The position numbers and the translations under genes were made by a program. From Octopus vulgaris (lineage: Eukaryota): a stretch of 64,000 nt of DNA. The stretch is taken from the NCBI GenBank assembly GCA_951406725.2, contig OX597830.1:27280001-27344000 (forward strand), written 5' to 3'. Under the pieces are notes generated by a model. The model was not told the DNA's origin. It saw only the letters and a program-made list of their open reading frames with translations, and did not search any database. Below are positions 38,670 to 51,640 of this stretch, piece by piece. Position 1 is the stretch's first letter; every line of letters starts with the position of its first letter.

Positions 38670-41235
38670 ATCTGGAACACCACGTGACCATATTTCTTAT
38701 GGGTGATTTCAACTTCCCCAATGTCAAATGGCCCGAAGGTCACATACTCTCAGGAATGAATCATTGCAAGCAAATACAGGTGGAGTCCCTGCTCAACCTC
38801 ACCAATGCCTTATTCATGGAGCAAGTTGTACTCAAGCCAACTAGGGCGAATAACATTCTGGATCTCTGCTTCACGAACAATATGGACATCATTCATGATG
38901 TGAAAGTGACACCGACATCAGTTTCGGATCACAACATAATAGAGCTGTCTATGTTTGGGCCGAAAGTAACCAGAGACATACAGCCTAAAGGAAGCATCCG
39001 AAATCTATCCAATCTGAACTTCCGCAAAGCAGATTGGAAATCGATCCAAAAAGAGATCCTCAGAGAGGACTGGCCGGAATGTCTCTCCACACCAGACATT
39101 GACATGAAACTAGAATGTTTCATGTCTTCTGTGCAAGCCGTATGCCAGGAATATGTCCCAGAGCACAAGGCCAAAACAAATAGGAGCAAGATTCCAAGAG
39201 ACAGGAAGATCCTCATGAGAGGACGGACGAAGGTTGCAAATCGTCTCAACCAACATCCCAAAAGTAGCGAAACAACACTGATGGAGATCGAAAAAAGGCT
39301 GCAACAATTCTATGTGAAAGAGAAAGCAGACAAAGAAGCCTGGGTTATAAAAAACATTAAATCAAACCCAAAGGCCTTCTTTCATTATGCGAAAGAAACA
39401 GTCTCAGTGCACTACAAGATAGGACCCCTCCTCCAAAAGGATGGCTCCCTCACAGACAGTCTAACTATGATCAGTGAGATGCTGAATGACCAGTTCAAAA
39501 GTGTCTTTACCACCCCGTTGGAACACAGACAAGTGAACGAACCAGTGGACTTCTTTGCCGCCTCACCTATAACCAGCGAGGCGGTTACAATAGAATGTAT
39601 TGACATTAGCGAAAAAGATGTCCTACTAGCCATAGATGAAGTGGACACAAACTCAGCTGCTGGTCCAGACGGTTTCCCAGTCATTCTCCTCAAAGCGTGT
39701 AAGCATGCCCTGGCAAAACCCCTCAAGATTCTCTTCCAGAGCTTTCTTGCGAATGGCAAACTGCCAAGCAAGCTGAAGGAGGGAATAATATGCCCAATAC
39801 ATAAAGGGGGAAGTAGAGCAGATGCCAAAACCTATAGGCCTATCTCTCTGACTTCACATATCAGCAAAGTCATGGAACGGATAGTCAGATAGAAACTAAT
39901 CGCATTCCTTGAGGAAAATAACTTGCTGATTTTCGACCAGGTAGGAGCTGCCTGACCGAGCTCTTACAGCATTATGACTGGGTGTTGAGGCAGTTACTCA
40001 AATGTGGACGTAATCAACTTTGATTTTGCAAAAGCTTTTGACAAGATGGATCATGGTATGATATAGCTGGAAAACTTGGAGTGTGGTTGCATGACTTCCT
40101 GAAAGATAGGAGTCAGGCAGTAGTGGTTAATGGAGCCACCTCTATGAACACACAAATAGTGAGCGGTGTTCCACAGGGCACTGTCTTGGGACCACTGCTT
40201 TTTATAGTGGCCCTCTCAGATATGCCCTCAAATGCCCGGATAGTCACTCAGGCCAGCTATGCAGACGATACGAAAGTCTCGCAGAAAATACAGAACCCCA
40301 GCGATGTTGCACACCTGCAGCAGGAGTTGGACTCAATCTACAGATGAGCTGAGGATAATAATATGCAGTTTAATGCTGAGAAATTCCAGGCCCTGCGCTA
40401 CCAGCATCCAAAACTGAATATTAAACTTACAGGATACACCGGTCCACAGGGAATTTCAATCCCAGAGCCTAAGTCTGTGAGGGACCTGGGTATCGACATG
40501 AGTGATGATACCTCTTTCCAAGTGCATATTACCAGGATGGCGACAAAGTGCAGACGACTGGCTGGGTGGATTCTAAGAACATTCAGAACCAGAGATAAGG
40601 AAACCATGATGGTCCTCTGGCGGACATTCGTCCTCAGTCGCCTGGATTACTGCTCACAGCTATGGTCACCCACCAGTGTAAAATTAACAGCGGACCTTGA
40701 AGCAATCCAGAGAAGATTCACAAAGAAGATCGTCTCTTTGCAACAGCTCATCTACTGGGAAAGGTTGAAACAGCTAAGACTCTACTCCCTGGAGAAAAGA
40801 AGGGAGAGGTATGCAGTAATATATATCTGGAAGATCCTGGAAGGAATTGTGCCAAATTTTGGCATTGTAAGCTACACCAATGCTAGAACGGGACGACACT
40901 GCATAGTGCCAAAGATCCCAGCAATGCCATCACGCTTTAGGACCAGCTTCTGCAACAGCCTGGGTTTCAAGGGCCCACAGCTTTTTAATATTCTCCCAAA
41001 AAGTCTGAGGAACTTGCACAAAGTAGATATAGCGGTTTTTAAATCAAAGCTGGACATCTTCCTGTCAAGAGTCCCAGATGAACCTACCTCACGGCAAGAG
41101 GTGCAAATGAGAGTAGCTGTATCAAACTCCATTCTTCACCAAGTGCCACATATTAGACGAGGTTCGTCGTAATAACAGTGTAGCACAAAACGGCGGTGCA
41201 TCAGCATGGCTGCAGCTCTGAGCTGAGACTAGAAA
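38670..41235 (+). mobile_element. 5'-truncated CR1-group LINE (APE + RT), disrupted
   Basis: APE motifs GDFN, NILDL, SDH; RT motifs YRPISLTS, DFAKAFD, GVPQGTVLGPLLF, YADD; C-terminus LEAIQRRFTK..YWERLKQLRLYSLEKRRER; stops at 39890 and 40345 plus deletions; (TA)n on both sides. Confidence 0.93.
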
Positions 41236-41293
41236 TATATATATATATATATATAGTCAAAAATTGTGAAGCATGACTGTCAACACTACTACA

Positions 41294-41338
41294 TGAACCC
41301 GAAGATTGCAGAATTCAATGCATGAAAGTACTAGTTCA
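41294..41338 (+). ncRNA. Minimal hammerhead motif (U4C variant) in a (TA)n-flanked element (about 41255-41475)
   Basis: tgaac-CCGAAGA-t-tgca(gaattcaa)tgca-t-GAAA-gtac-TA-gttca. Confidence 0.7.
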
Positions 41339-41473
41339 ATCAGAATGAACATTTAACATTCTACTATTTCATTTGATTTTATTCAATTATAATATATTAT
41401 CTTATAATATATCATTATAAGATTGTAAATAAAACGTGAAAATCAGACAAGGTTGGAATTCTTTTTAATTCTA

Positions 41474-41539
<66 letters not shown>

Positions 41540-41686
41540 TATGCATAAACACTGCTTGGTGTTGATACTATTGAATTTCTTCCGACCTAGCGGTCTAATA
41601 TCGCAACTCAGTCAATGTTGTTGAATGTGTTTTAGTTAGAGCTACGGCTTTAATTAAGTCTGTTCAGAGTTGCCTATCTTCAGCAT

Positions 41687-41729
41687 TTCCCGTTGATAAC
41701 GATTAAAGAGCTAGAAACATGTCCGGGAA
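41687..41729 (+). ncRNA. Hammerhead-like motif, U3-A8 core, degenerate stem II
   Basis: ttcccg-TTGATAA-cgattaaagagcta-GAAA-catg-TC-cgggaa. Confidence 0.55.
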
Positions 41730-41802
41730 TTCGACAGGGGCAGCACTGGACTGCCTTTAGAAGTTGAAATATGTCATATACATATTTTAACTAAAGTCCG
41801 CA

Positions 41803-42090
<288 letters not shown>

Positions 42091-42174
42091 ATGATTAAAT
42101 GAGCAGGTTACAAAAACCATTAGTCTGAGGGAAAGGTAGTAACAGAGAGTAGGTGACTTATATCAGTTAAGCGG

Positions 42175-42322
42175 CTCAGCAATAGAGATTATCAGATTAA
42201 GTACCAGGATTTAAAAAAAAATAAGACAATAAGTACTGGGGTCGATTCATTTGATTAAAAATTCTTCAAGGCGGTGCCGCCTGCTTGGCCACAGTCTGAT
42301 GATTAGAACAAGAAAAAGATAA
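42175..42322 (+). mobile_element. SINE A, 3' tail
   Basis: taagtactggggtcgattc...aaggcggtgcc..ggccacagtc. Confidence 0.65.
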
Positions 42323-42950
42323 ATAATTAACATGATCAAATTACTAAGTAAGATTTGTCTTAGTCTCAACATTACTACAATGGTCACTAAATATATTACA
42401 ATAGTCTCTAATTAGTTAAAAAATTTTTCAATATTCCTAATTAAGGGTTTTTAAAGTAATACTGCTTTTAATTGGGCTAAGTCATCTATGTTTATTGAAG
42501 TCATTAATTAGAGGAAAAACTGTCGAGAGAGAGAGAGAGAGAGAGAGCTAACATCAGCAGAAAGGACAAATCAGATACAAAACTGCCGGAGTTCGGCTTA
42601 ATCTTCTTGACAGCATCAGTGAACTGAGAGAATTTGATTGGACTCTCAAGAGCTGACTGGCCAAAAAGAAAAGGGAGATCTTGTATGTTTGTTTATTTGC
42701 ATGTATGTATGTATGTATGTATGTATGTATGTATGTATGTATGTATGTATGTATGTATGTATGTATGTATGTATGAATGCATGTATCTATGTATGTGTGT
42801 ATATGTGTATGTATGTATGTATGTATATATACATATACATGCGTGTATATGTATTTATGTATGTATATATACATGCATATATTTATATATTTGTGTATTA
42901 TATATATATTTGTATATATATATACATATATATATGTACATATATATTTA

Positions 42951-43016
<66 letters not shown>

Positions 43017-43074
43017 GTGTGTGTATTTGTGCGTGTGTGTGTGTGTGTGTGTGTGAGTGTGTGTGTGTGTGTGT

Positions 43075-43392
43075 AGGTGCAATGGCTTAGTGGCTAGGGT
43101 AGCGGACTCGCAGTCGTGGGATCGCGGATTTGATTTCAAGACCGGGCGTTGTGAGTGCTTATTGAGCGGTAACAGCTAAAACTCCACGACGCTCCGGCAG
43201 GGGGTGGTGGTGAACACTCCTGTACTCTTTCACCACAACGTTTCCTCACTCTTTCTTCCTATTTTTGTTGCGCCTGTGTCACGCTGAACCTCCCCGAGAA
43301 CTACGTTAAGAGTACACATGTTCGTATCTTTAACGGGCTGTTCCGTGGATCGGATCAACTGGAACCCTCGTCGTCGTAACCGACGGTGTGCG
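43075..43392 (+). mobile_element. SINE B, near full length
   Basis: Matches 2761-3129. Confidence 0.85.
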
Positions 43393-43457
43393 ACTTTTTT
43401 TCCTATATATATATATATATATAAACATATATAGTTAAATGTATGAGTGTGCGTATG

Positions 43458-43506
<49 letters not shown>

Positions 43507-43507
43507 A

Positions 43508-43543
<36 letters not shown>

Positions 43544-43699
43544 TGTATGTATGTATGTATCTATGTTTTGTTGTTGTCTTGAGCTTATTTTAGTACATTG
43601 TTAAAATCGGAAAATGTCAGAAAGTAGTTTCGTTTCTACTCCTTTCATGTCTAATTTATTTAATAATAAATATTGTAGCAGCGCAGCGTGTCTTTTTGT

Positions 43700-43815
43700 T
43701 GGGTCGATAAATAAAGTACCAGATTCGCACTGGGATCGATGTAATCGACTTAATCCCTTTGTCTGTCCTTGTTTGTCCCCTCTATGTTTAGCCCCTTGTG
43801 GGTAGTAAAGAAATA
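43700..43815 (+). mobile_element. SINE C, 3' half
   Basis: gggtcgataaataaagtacc...gccccttgtgggtagtaaagaaata. Confidence 0.8.
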
Positions 43816-44472
43816 TATTTAAGATCGTAGAGTATGCATTGAACAAAATATGGTTGCCATTTCTAACATATTGAGCGACCAGGCCAAAATGAATCTGGCT
43901 TCCACGCACATAATCTGTTTGCGTTTGATTATTCATCAAAGTCCATTTTGTTTCGTAATGTATATTTCATTTAGTTGTAGATGGGAGAGTAAGAACGAAG
44001 ATTTGATGACATAAGAATGACGATTTCAATCTTAGTTAAGTATTATCGCTCTCTAATATTGAAAACAATCACACAGTTTGCTGGTTAGACTGAATGAAAT
44101 CAATCTCAGTTCTTATTTCAGTTCAGTATTCGTTATATCGAAGTCTATTTGTTGAATTTTATTGGGCTTAGAGCAAAAACACTTGTCCAAGATGTTGCAA
44201 AGAAAGATAAAAGATAAGCATAAAAGATAAGCGAACTTTTTAACCTCACGGCCATGCCTCTTCTCTCTCTGCATACCTCTTCTCTCTCCCTATACCCCCC
44301 TCTCTCTGTCACACACAAAAAATCATGCATGTCAGTACATATACACACATCTATTTGCTTATTATTAGCAAGTCGTATAAGCTTGGCAATAAATAAGCAA
44401 AGATCATTAAGCAAGCCACCATCAAGTAAAAACATTTGATTAATTCTGAACAATAGAATGTATGCATGTATG

Positions 44473-44506
<34 letters not shown>

Positions 44507-44549
44507 TGTATGTATGTATGTATGTATGTATGTATGTATGTATGTATTT

Positions 44550-45026
44550 GTGTGTCTCTTCTATTTTTAATTATTATAAATCTTCCACTGATGAGGGAGT
44601 CGGTTTCCAACAAAGATTCAAGGCTCCATCTTTGGGAGGTAGTTAACACAGACGAATTCACATTCGGAACTTGAGAAAAGTCTTGCATATTTTTACTGTT
44701 CCACTCACAGATTGGACTTGTAATGTACGAATCAACCGGTCAGTTTCTCTTTTTGAAAATCCCAGTTTATCCAGATTCTCCTTTAAGCATTTACTAACAA
44801 AACCAAGGGCTCCAATTATTATTGGTATGAGTATGAATTCACAGTCTGGATATAGAAGCTGGATATCCTCTTTTTCTTTGGTTCTCAGAGAGATATTTAT
44901 ATCTGCAGGGCAGCTAAACTCTATGATGGTGCATACCTTTGTCCCTTTGTCCCAAACGACAATATCCGGCGTATTATGCTTATATTTGACGGAAGTTTTG
45001 ATGGGAATATTCCGCCAGTATTCCTT
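44550..45026 (-). mobile_element. 3' end of an R4/Dong-like non-LTR retrotransposon (restriction-like endonuclease)
   Basis: Open frame 45026-44658: KEYWRNIPIKTSVKYKHNTPDIVVWDKGTKVCTIIEFSCPADINISLRTKEKED...IPIIIGALGFV...CKTFLKFRM*; (TATG)n on both sides. Confidence 0.8.
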
Positions 45027-45100
45027 ATGTATGTATGTATGTATGTATGTATGTATGTATGTATGTATGTATGTATGTATGTATGTATGTATGTATCTAA

Positions 45101-45173
<73 letters not shown>

Positions 45174-45213
45174 CATCCATCCATCCATCCATCCATCTAT
45201 CTATCTATCTATC

Positions 45214-45253
<40 letters not shown>

Positions 45254-45289
45254 ATCTAGAGAGTTGCTTATTTGTAAAAAAATATAACA

Positions 45290-45596
45290 CGTGACTTCAT
45301 TGACCGAGGTTACCCTGGTCTTTTCCGTCGGCTTTTCTTTCCACGGGTAAACCTCACCTGTCCTCCCCTTTACACTTTATATTGACATTTCTGTGATAAC
45401 GATCCCTATTGATCGATTTTTTTTCATTTTCCTTTTATTTTTTATCCCCCTCCTTTTTTTTTGCTTTCCTCTTTCTTTCCTTTTACGATCCCTTTTGATC
45501 GAAAACCAATCCCCCTTTTGATCCCCAAAAGAAAAGCTCTACCTTGTAATTTGTCCCGTCTCTGTGCAGCCCTGTGTGGCTAATAAAGAAACATAT
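45290..45596 (+). mobile_element. Putative retroelement 3' end whose terminus matches the SINE C tail
   Basis: Ends tttgtcccgtctctgtgcagccctgtgtggctaataaagaaacata; sits within (TCTA)n-rich sequence. Confidence 0.5.
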
Positions 45597-45732
45597 CTAT
45601 CTACATGACGGAAAGGTCACGACTGGAAGACTTTTGATCGTATAACCCCAGGAATCAGAGGGGATACGGTGCTAATCAACATCAGCAATACTACAAATAG
45701 CAACTGAGCAAACAGCAGCACGGGAACGAAAG

Positions 45733-45735
<3 letters not shown>

Positions 45736-45809
<74 letters not shown>

Positions 45810-45844
45810 CACTACTACCACTACCACTACCACTACTGCTGCTG

Positions 45845-45889
<45 letters not shown>

Positions 45890-46734
45890 ATACTACTACT
45901 ACTACTACTAAGACTCTTTCTCTTTAATTGTTAAGGCGGTGTCGATGGGTGACCACCAGTGAGCCCTCAGTGAACTTGGTTGGTTGACAGTCGACAAAAG
46001 TCTTTCTGACCCCTGTTGTAAATTAGGGGCGTAACAAGTAACTTTAACTGTCCCATCAACACCACCACCGCCGTCTTCCGTCTTCCGTCTTCCGTCACCG
46101 TCATCGCCGCTTCTCCCGAAACCCACCCTCACTCCTCAACCACTAACCATTGCCGCCGCCGTCACCACCACCGCCGCCGCCGCCGTCACCACCACCGCCG
46201 CCGCCGCCGTCACCACCACCATCACCACCATCTCCATCGCCTCTGCTTCCACTACAGTCTCCACCACCGCCGCCGCCGCCGTCACCACCACCACCTCCAC
46301 CACCACCACCATCGCCTCTGCCTCCACTACAGCCTCCACCACCGCCGCCGTCGCCGTCACCACCACCGCCGCCGCCGCCGTCACCACCGCCGCCGCCGCC
46401 GCCACCACCACCACCACCACCACCACCACCACCGCCGCCACCACCAACACCAGCGCCGTCAGCACCACCATCACCTCTACGATGATAATCATCATCATCA
46501 TCATCATCACCACCATTATCACCAACACCAATAACAACAACAAGTAACAATGAATGTATATAGACGAAACGAAAGTAAAAGATGTAACTGAAAACAAGCG
46601 TAAAATTCATTGTATGAAGTGACATGAGGAGAAGGGGATAGAGGAAAGAACGGGGAGAGGTGGAGGAAGCGAATGTAGTAGTGATAGTAGCAGTAGTAGT
46701 AGTAGTAGCAGTAGTAGTAGTAGTAGTAGTAGTT

Positions 46735-46784
<50 letters not shown>

Positions 46785-47099
46785 CGTCGTCGTTGTAGTG
46801 GTGGTAGTGGTATTTGTTGTTATTGTTGTAGTAGTAGTACTGTAAGGAGCAGGAGTGCTAAGGTGGTAAAAAAAAAATCCAAAAAACTCCAGAAAAGCGG
46901 AAGAAACGGGGGACAGGCGAGGGTGTGCGTGGGGGTGGGGTGGGGGGGCTTCAATCAGAAAGAGATGATAAATAATGGCGATGACAATCATGATTATGAT
47001 GATGATGATGATGATGATGATGATGGCGATGACGACGACGGCGAAGAAGACGAAATAGTAGTCATAGCAGCATTGGTAGTAATGGTAGTAGTAGTAACT

Positions 47100-47146
<47 letters not shown>

Positions 47147-47266
47147 TGTAGCAGTTGTAGTAGTAGTAGTAGTAGCAGCAGCAGCAGAAGAAGAAGAAAA
47201 TGATGATGATGATGATGATGATGACATAAGTAAAGAAATATGAAAGGAAGAGGAAATTAAACGAGT

Positions 47267-47336
<70 letters not shown>

Positions 47337-47590
47337 CGACGATGGCGATAACGACGACGACAACGATGTTCATAATGATGATGAGGGCTGATGACTACGA
47401 CCAAGACGATGAAATATGAAGAAGCAAAAGAAAGAGAAGAAAACAACAACAGCAACAACTACAACAACAACAAAACTAACAAAAATCAAAGCGAAAACAG
47501 AAGACCATAAAGAAATAGTACTAACAAAAAAAAGACATAACAACAAAAAAAAAATAACAGCAACAACAACAACAACAACAACAACACAGG
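45736..47590. repeat. Cluster of trinucleotide repeats: (CTA)n, (GCC/ACC)n, (GTA)n, (GAT)n, (CAA)n
   Basis: Read directly from the sequence. Confidence 0.9.
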
Positions 47591-48051
47591 AAACCCATTA
47601 TTTTGTAAATGTATTTTTTAAAAAAACCCCAAAAAACCCTAACCACCCCCTCCAAAAAGAAACGAAGAAAAATGAAGAAAACTAAAGACACCCACAAAAC
47701 AATCAAGCAAAAAAAAAATAAAGAAAAAGAGAAAGAAAATCACAACAAATATGAAAAACAAAAAAAAAACCCAAAAAATCTACTGGAAATTAGCTTATAT
47801 AAATTATGTAGCGCATTTCCTTTATGTAAATCTCATTAGAATTTGCCAGTTTTTGGTGGAGAAAGATGTTACAAAATGTGGCATTTGGACAATTTTTTTT
47901 TCGCTAAGGTCTGTGTTATGTTTCTAAAGGAAGTAAGCATATGACTTTTTTTCTTCTTCTTTTGTCGTCTTTTTTTATTGTTGTTGTTGCTTGGTTTGTG
48001 TTCGTTACTTGTTGGCTTGTTCATACGTACATACATACATACATACATACA

Positions 48052-48117
<66 letters not shown>

Positions 48118-48131
48118 TACGTGTATATGTA

Positions 48132-48175
<44 letters not shown>

Positions 48176-48240
48176 CTTACATATATGTATATATGTGTAT
48201 ATAGATTTACTCATATATATATACATGCATACATATACAC

Positions 48241-48285
<45 letters not shown>

Positions 48286-49335
48286 CATATATGTTTATAT
48301 GTGTATATAGATTTACTCATATATATATACATGCATACATGTCTTTTACTGTTTATAATTTGTACTGTCGTTACTGTCCTGTTTTTGTTACCATTTTTTA
48401 CCCCTCTGCGAAAAGATCTCAGAATTTTAATTGATTTGCTTTTCGCAGGAAGGAAAGTTTCTTGTCGAAGATACGTCTCGCTTTCACCTTCGAAACGTAG
48501 AGTAGATGAAACCATAGCGACTGAAGAAGGGGTTTTTTCTTTCTGTTAATTGTCCTGTACTCTATTTTTTTGTTGTTTAAAAAAATGTCCAGTTCCTTTG
48601 GTTTGTATCTATGTTTTCGTTTCTCATTGTGTTCGACGTCCTTTTGGTGTCCTGTACTCATATATGCGTGTATATGTACATGTAGAGGTAGGTAAGTACA
48701 TATATGTCTATATATATGCATATGTTTATTTTATTTATTAATATATATATATATATATATATATATTTATGTAAATGTAAAAAAAATACAAACTGGGACA
48801 AGAACGTGAAACATTTAGAAGACGATGCAAAAAACACGGACGGGACATTCGAAGCCTTCAATCTTCAGTCAAGAACCGGATCATCTTCGCAATTTCGGCT
48901 GATTAATCTTGAGATTGCTCCGATCTGGCTATCCCCAAAGGAAAATCTAAGCCAAGCGCATTAGATTGCTTGGAAGAAAGCCTCGAATGTATACAAAACA
49001 AGGACGGAAAACCGGACGATGTTGTACGAATAAAAATACAAAAACACGTAAAAACAATAATGATAACACGAATAAGAATACAAAAATACGTAAAAACAAT
49101 AATGAATAATAATAACAACAAAAACAGGACGTCACAGACAAGCGTCTTATATATATATATATATACAAAATTAGAAAATGGAGAAACATACTTAAATCAA
49201 TCAAACATCAACCAACAGATGATACCCAATCAATACTTTATTACACCATTACATAACAGTAAAGGCATTATACAAAATATATTGTAAATATTATTAGACA
49301 AGGAAATAGAAATATAAAATATAAAATATAATATG

Positions 49336-49523
<188 letters not shown>

Positions 49524-49720
49524 TCAGCAAATGCTAATATCTTTAGCTTCTCTTACTGTTTGCTAAACGAACTGTGGACGTATGTGTGTGATTATAGGGT
49601 TAGATGGTTGGCTGGTTGGGCGGTTGTTTATTGTTTGTTGTTTCGTGACATTGTTTCTTTTTGTTTGGTGGTTAGGGTGTGGTAGTGTATTTCTAAGTAT
49701 CGCATGTTTTTTTTGTCTCC

Positions 49721-49754
<34 letters not shown>

Positions 49755-49889
49755 GTAATGAAGATAAAAGTGATTTTACTGGTGATGGTCACCAAATCTA
49801 CTTCAAAATCACATGAAATCAAATCATCTGTTTTTCTTTTTTTGTGGGTTGGTTTCTCAGATCCTTGGTGTGGACACGTCTATTGAAAA

Positions 49890-50288
49890 AGGTGATTGGC
49901 TGCGTCTCGGAAGGGTCATTACGTTAATAATAAACACACGCACCGGTTCGGTTTCACTACTTTATATTATACGTTAAATAATTAGCTATCTAACCAACTA
50001 ACTAATCGATTGTTTAATTAATCATCCGCTTAATCAATCGATCTGTTGTGGTTGTCAAAGTCTCGGCCTCTTCAATGATATTCCGTTTGTATCCCAGGTC
50101 AACTTCTGGAGGAGCAGAGAAGGAATGGCAATGAAGTAAGCTGGAGAATGGCGACGAAAGGACTCTGACAAACAATTGATCAGTTAGTTGGTTAATTAGT
50201 CAACCAATTAACGAATAATTAAAAAGTGAACCTGAACCAGCGCGTGCTTATTATTGTAATAATGACTCTCTCGATACAGCAAATCCTT
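49890..50288. mobile_element. Old MITE-like element with about 125-bp imperfect inverted arms
   Basis: gattggctg..gggtcattac..accggttcgg..aaccaactaactaatcgattgttt versus aaacaattgatcagttagttggtt..gaaccagcgcgtg..aatgactc..cagcaaatc. Confidence 0.65.
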
Positions 50289-50367
50289 GCTTTTGTATCT
50301 AGAGAGAGAGAGAGCGAGAGAGAGCGAGATAGAGAGGGAGAGAGAGAGAGAGAAGGAGAGAGAGATA

Positions 50368-51149
50368 GTTCAGGCTAAATTTGTCGACTTTTTAAATGTG
50401 TTTTGATTTTTTTTTTAGGAACAACTTGATGTATTAGTGAACAATTAACGGCGTTGGAGAGCATAAAGATTAATGATGTAGTTGAAAAACAGTTAGCTGA
50501 TACGGAAGACTGGAAGCTATATGAGTATTGGGAAAGAGATACCTGTATCATAAGAATTCGCACCGGTTATCAAAATGCCCACATCATGACTGCTACTCAA
50601 TGCTCGGTGAACGCTACAAAATCTGTGAGACGTGACATGGACATCATCGCATCCAAGTTCCTCTAGCCTGTGATGGTCTTTGAGTGTGTCTCCAGTGAGA
50701 GTGACGCCATGCTGACCCACATCTTTGAACAGGGCCCTAGGCACAATTCAGACGGCTATGAGAATCAGCTGAAGAATGTGGTCAATTCCTGGTTGGAGAG
50801 GGTTGCTGTTGGAAAGCCATATGTGTGGCAGAAGGATTCAACTGCTTGCCATTACCCTGGAAAGAGTCAGAAGTAGTTGTCGGAGAATTTCTAGGATTTC
50901 AACAGTCCCAATTTCTGGCCCCTTAATTCCTCTTGCTGTAATCCTATGGATTACTATGTGTGGACCACCTTTGAGGAACGCACCAACAGCTCTGCCGAAA
51001 TAGTGGCCAAAATCAAGGAAGTGTTCGAAGATTTCGGTCTTAGTCCCACTGCATGGATCCTTGGGCAAGAGTCTTCTACTTTAGCCTCTGGCCAACCAAA
51101 GCCTTGCGAGTGGATTTGGTAGACGGAAACTGAAAGAAGCCCGTCGTAC

Positions 51150-51216
<67 letters not shown>

Positions 51217-51640
51217 TTTGTGTGTCTGTGTTTATCTCCCCCAGCATCGCTTGACAACCGATGCTGGTGTGTTTATGTCCCCGTAACTTAGCAGTTCAGC
51301 AAAACAGACCGATAGAATATGTACTAGGCTTACAAAGAATAAGTCCTGGGGTGGTCTATGTGCTCGACTAAAGGCGGTGCTCCAGCATGGCCACAGTCAA
51401 ACGACTAAAACAAGTATAAAAGAGAGTAAAAGAGGGGTGCACAGTGAGGAACGCATACACCAGTTTCCGGAGGCCGTCTTGTGGCCGTGATAGAAGCTGA
51501 GAGCGGCTACTTTGAGAAAAGTGTTATCTCCTCGCCATAATCTAGTTGATACCTTTTGATATTTTAAAACACTTTTATTCTTGGAAAGGATATTGTGGTT
51601 TCCTTCCCTTTTACTGTAAAATTTAGCCTGAACCCCGCTG
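50368..51640 (+). mobile_element. Decayed DD37D (maT) Tc1/mariner transposon, internally deleted and interrupted by a SINE A
   Basis: TIR gttcaggctaaattt / aaatttagcctgaac; VMV..VSSE...PYVWQKD-(37 aa)-DYYVW with in-frame stops; C-terminus VIEAESGYFE after the SINE. Confidence 0.85.
51036..51433 (+). mobile_element. 5'-truncated SINE A inside the maT transposase
   Basis: tagtcccactgc..ttgggcaag...ggcggtgctccagcatggccacagtc. Confidence 0.88.

Noticed and set aside
38607-38743. N-terminal part of the 220-aa minus-strand ORF 38081-38743
   Set aside because: It reads through a (TA)n tract into the antisense strand of the CR1 LINE; not part of the GIY-YIG protein.
38929-41132. Antisense ORFs within the LINE
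   Set aside because: Shadow frames of the RT coding strand.
44587-44608. CTGATGAG in the R4/Dong 3' UTR as a hammerhead core
   Set aside because: No downstream GAAA or stem III in the right geometry.
46136-47458. 406-aa Gly/Thr/Ser-rich ORF and overlapping Pro-rich ORFs
   Set aside because: Built from trinucleotide repeats that are open in several frames on both strands; no recognisable domain or supported splice structure.
48340-49150. Two further (TA)-flanked elements with partial HHR-like words (gtcgaaga..cttcgaaacgtagag; gactgaaga)
   Set aside because: Probably PLE-type relics, but I could not build a complete core with stems I-III.
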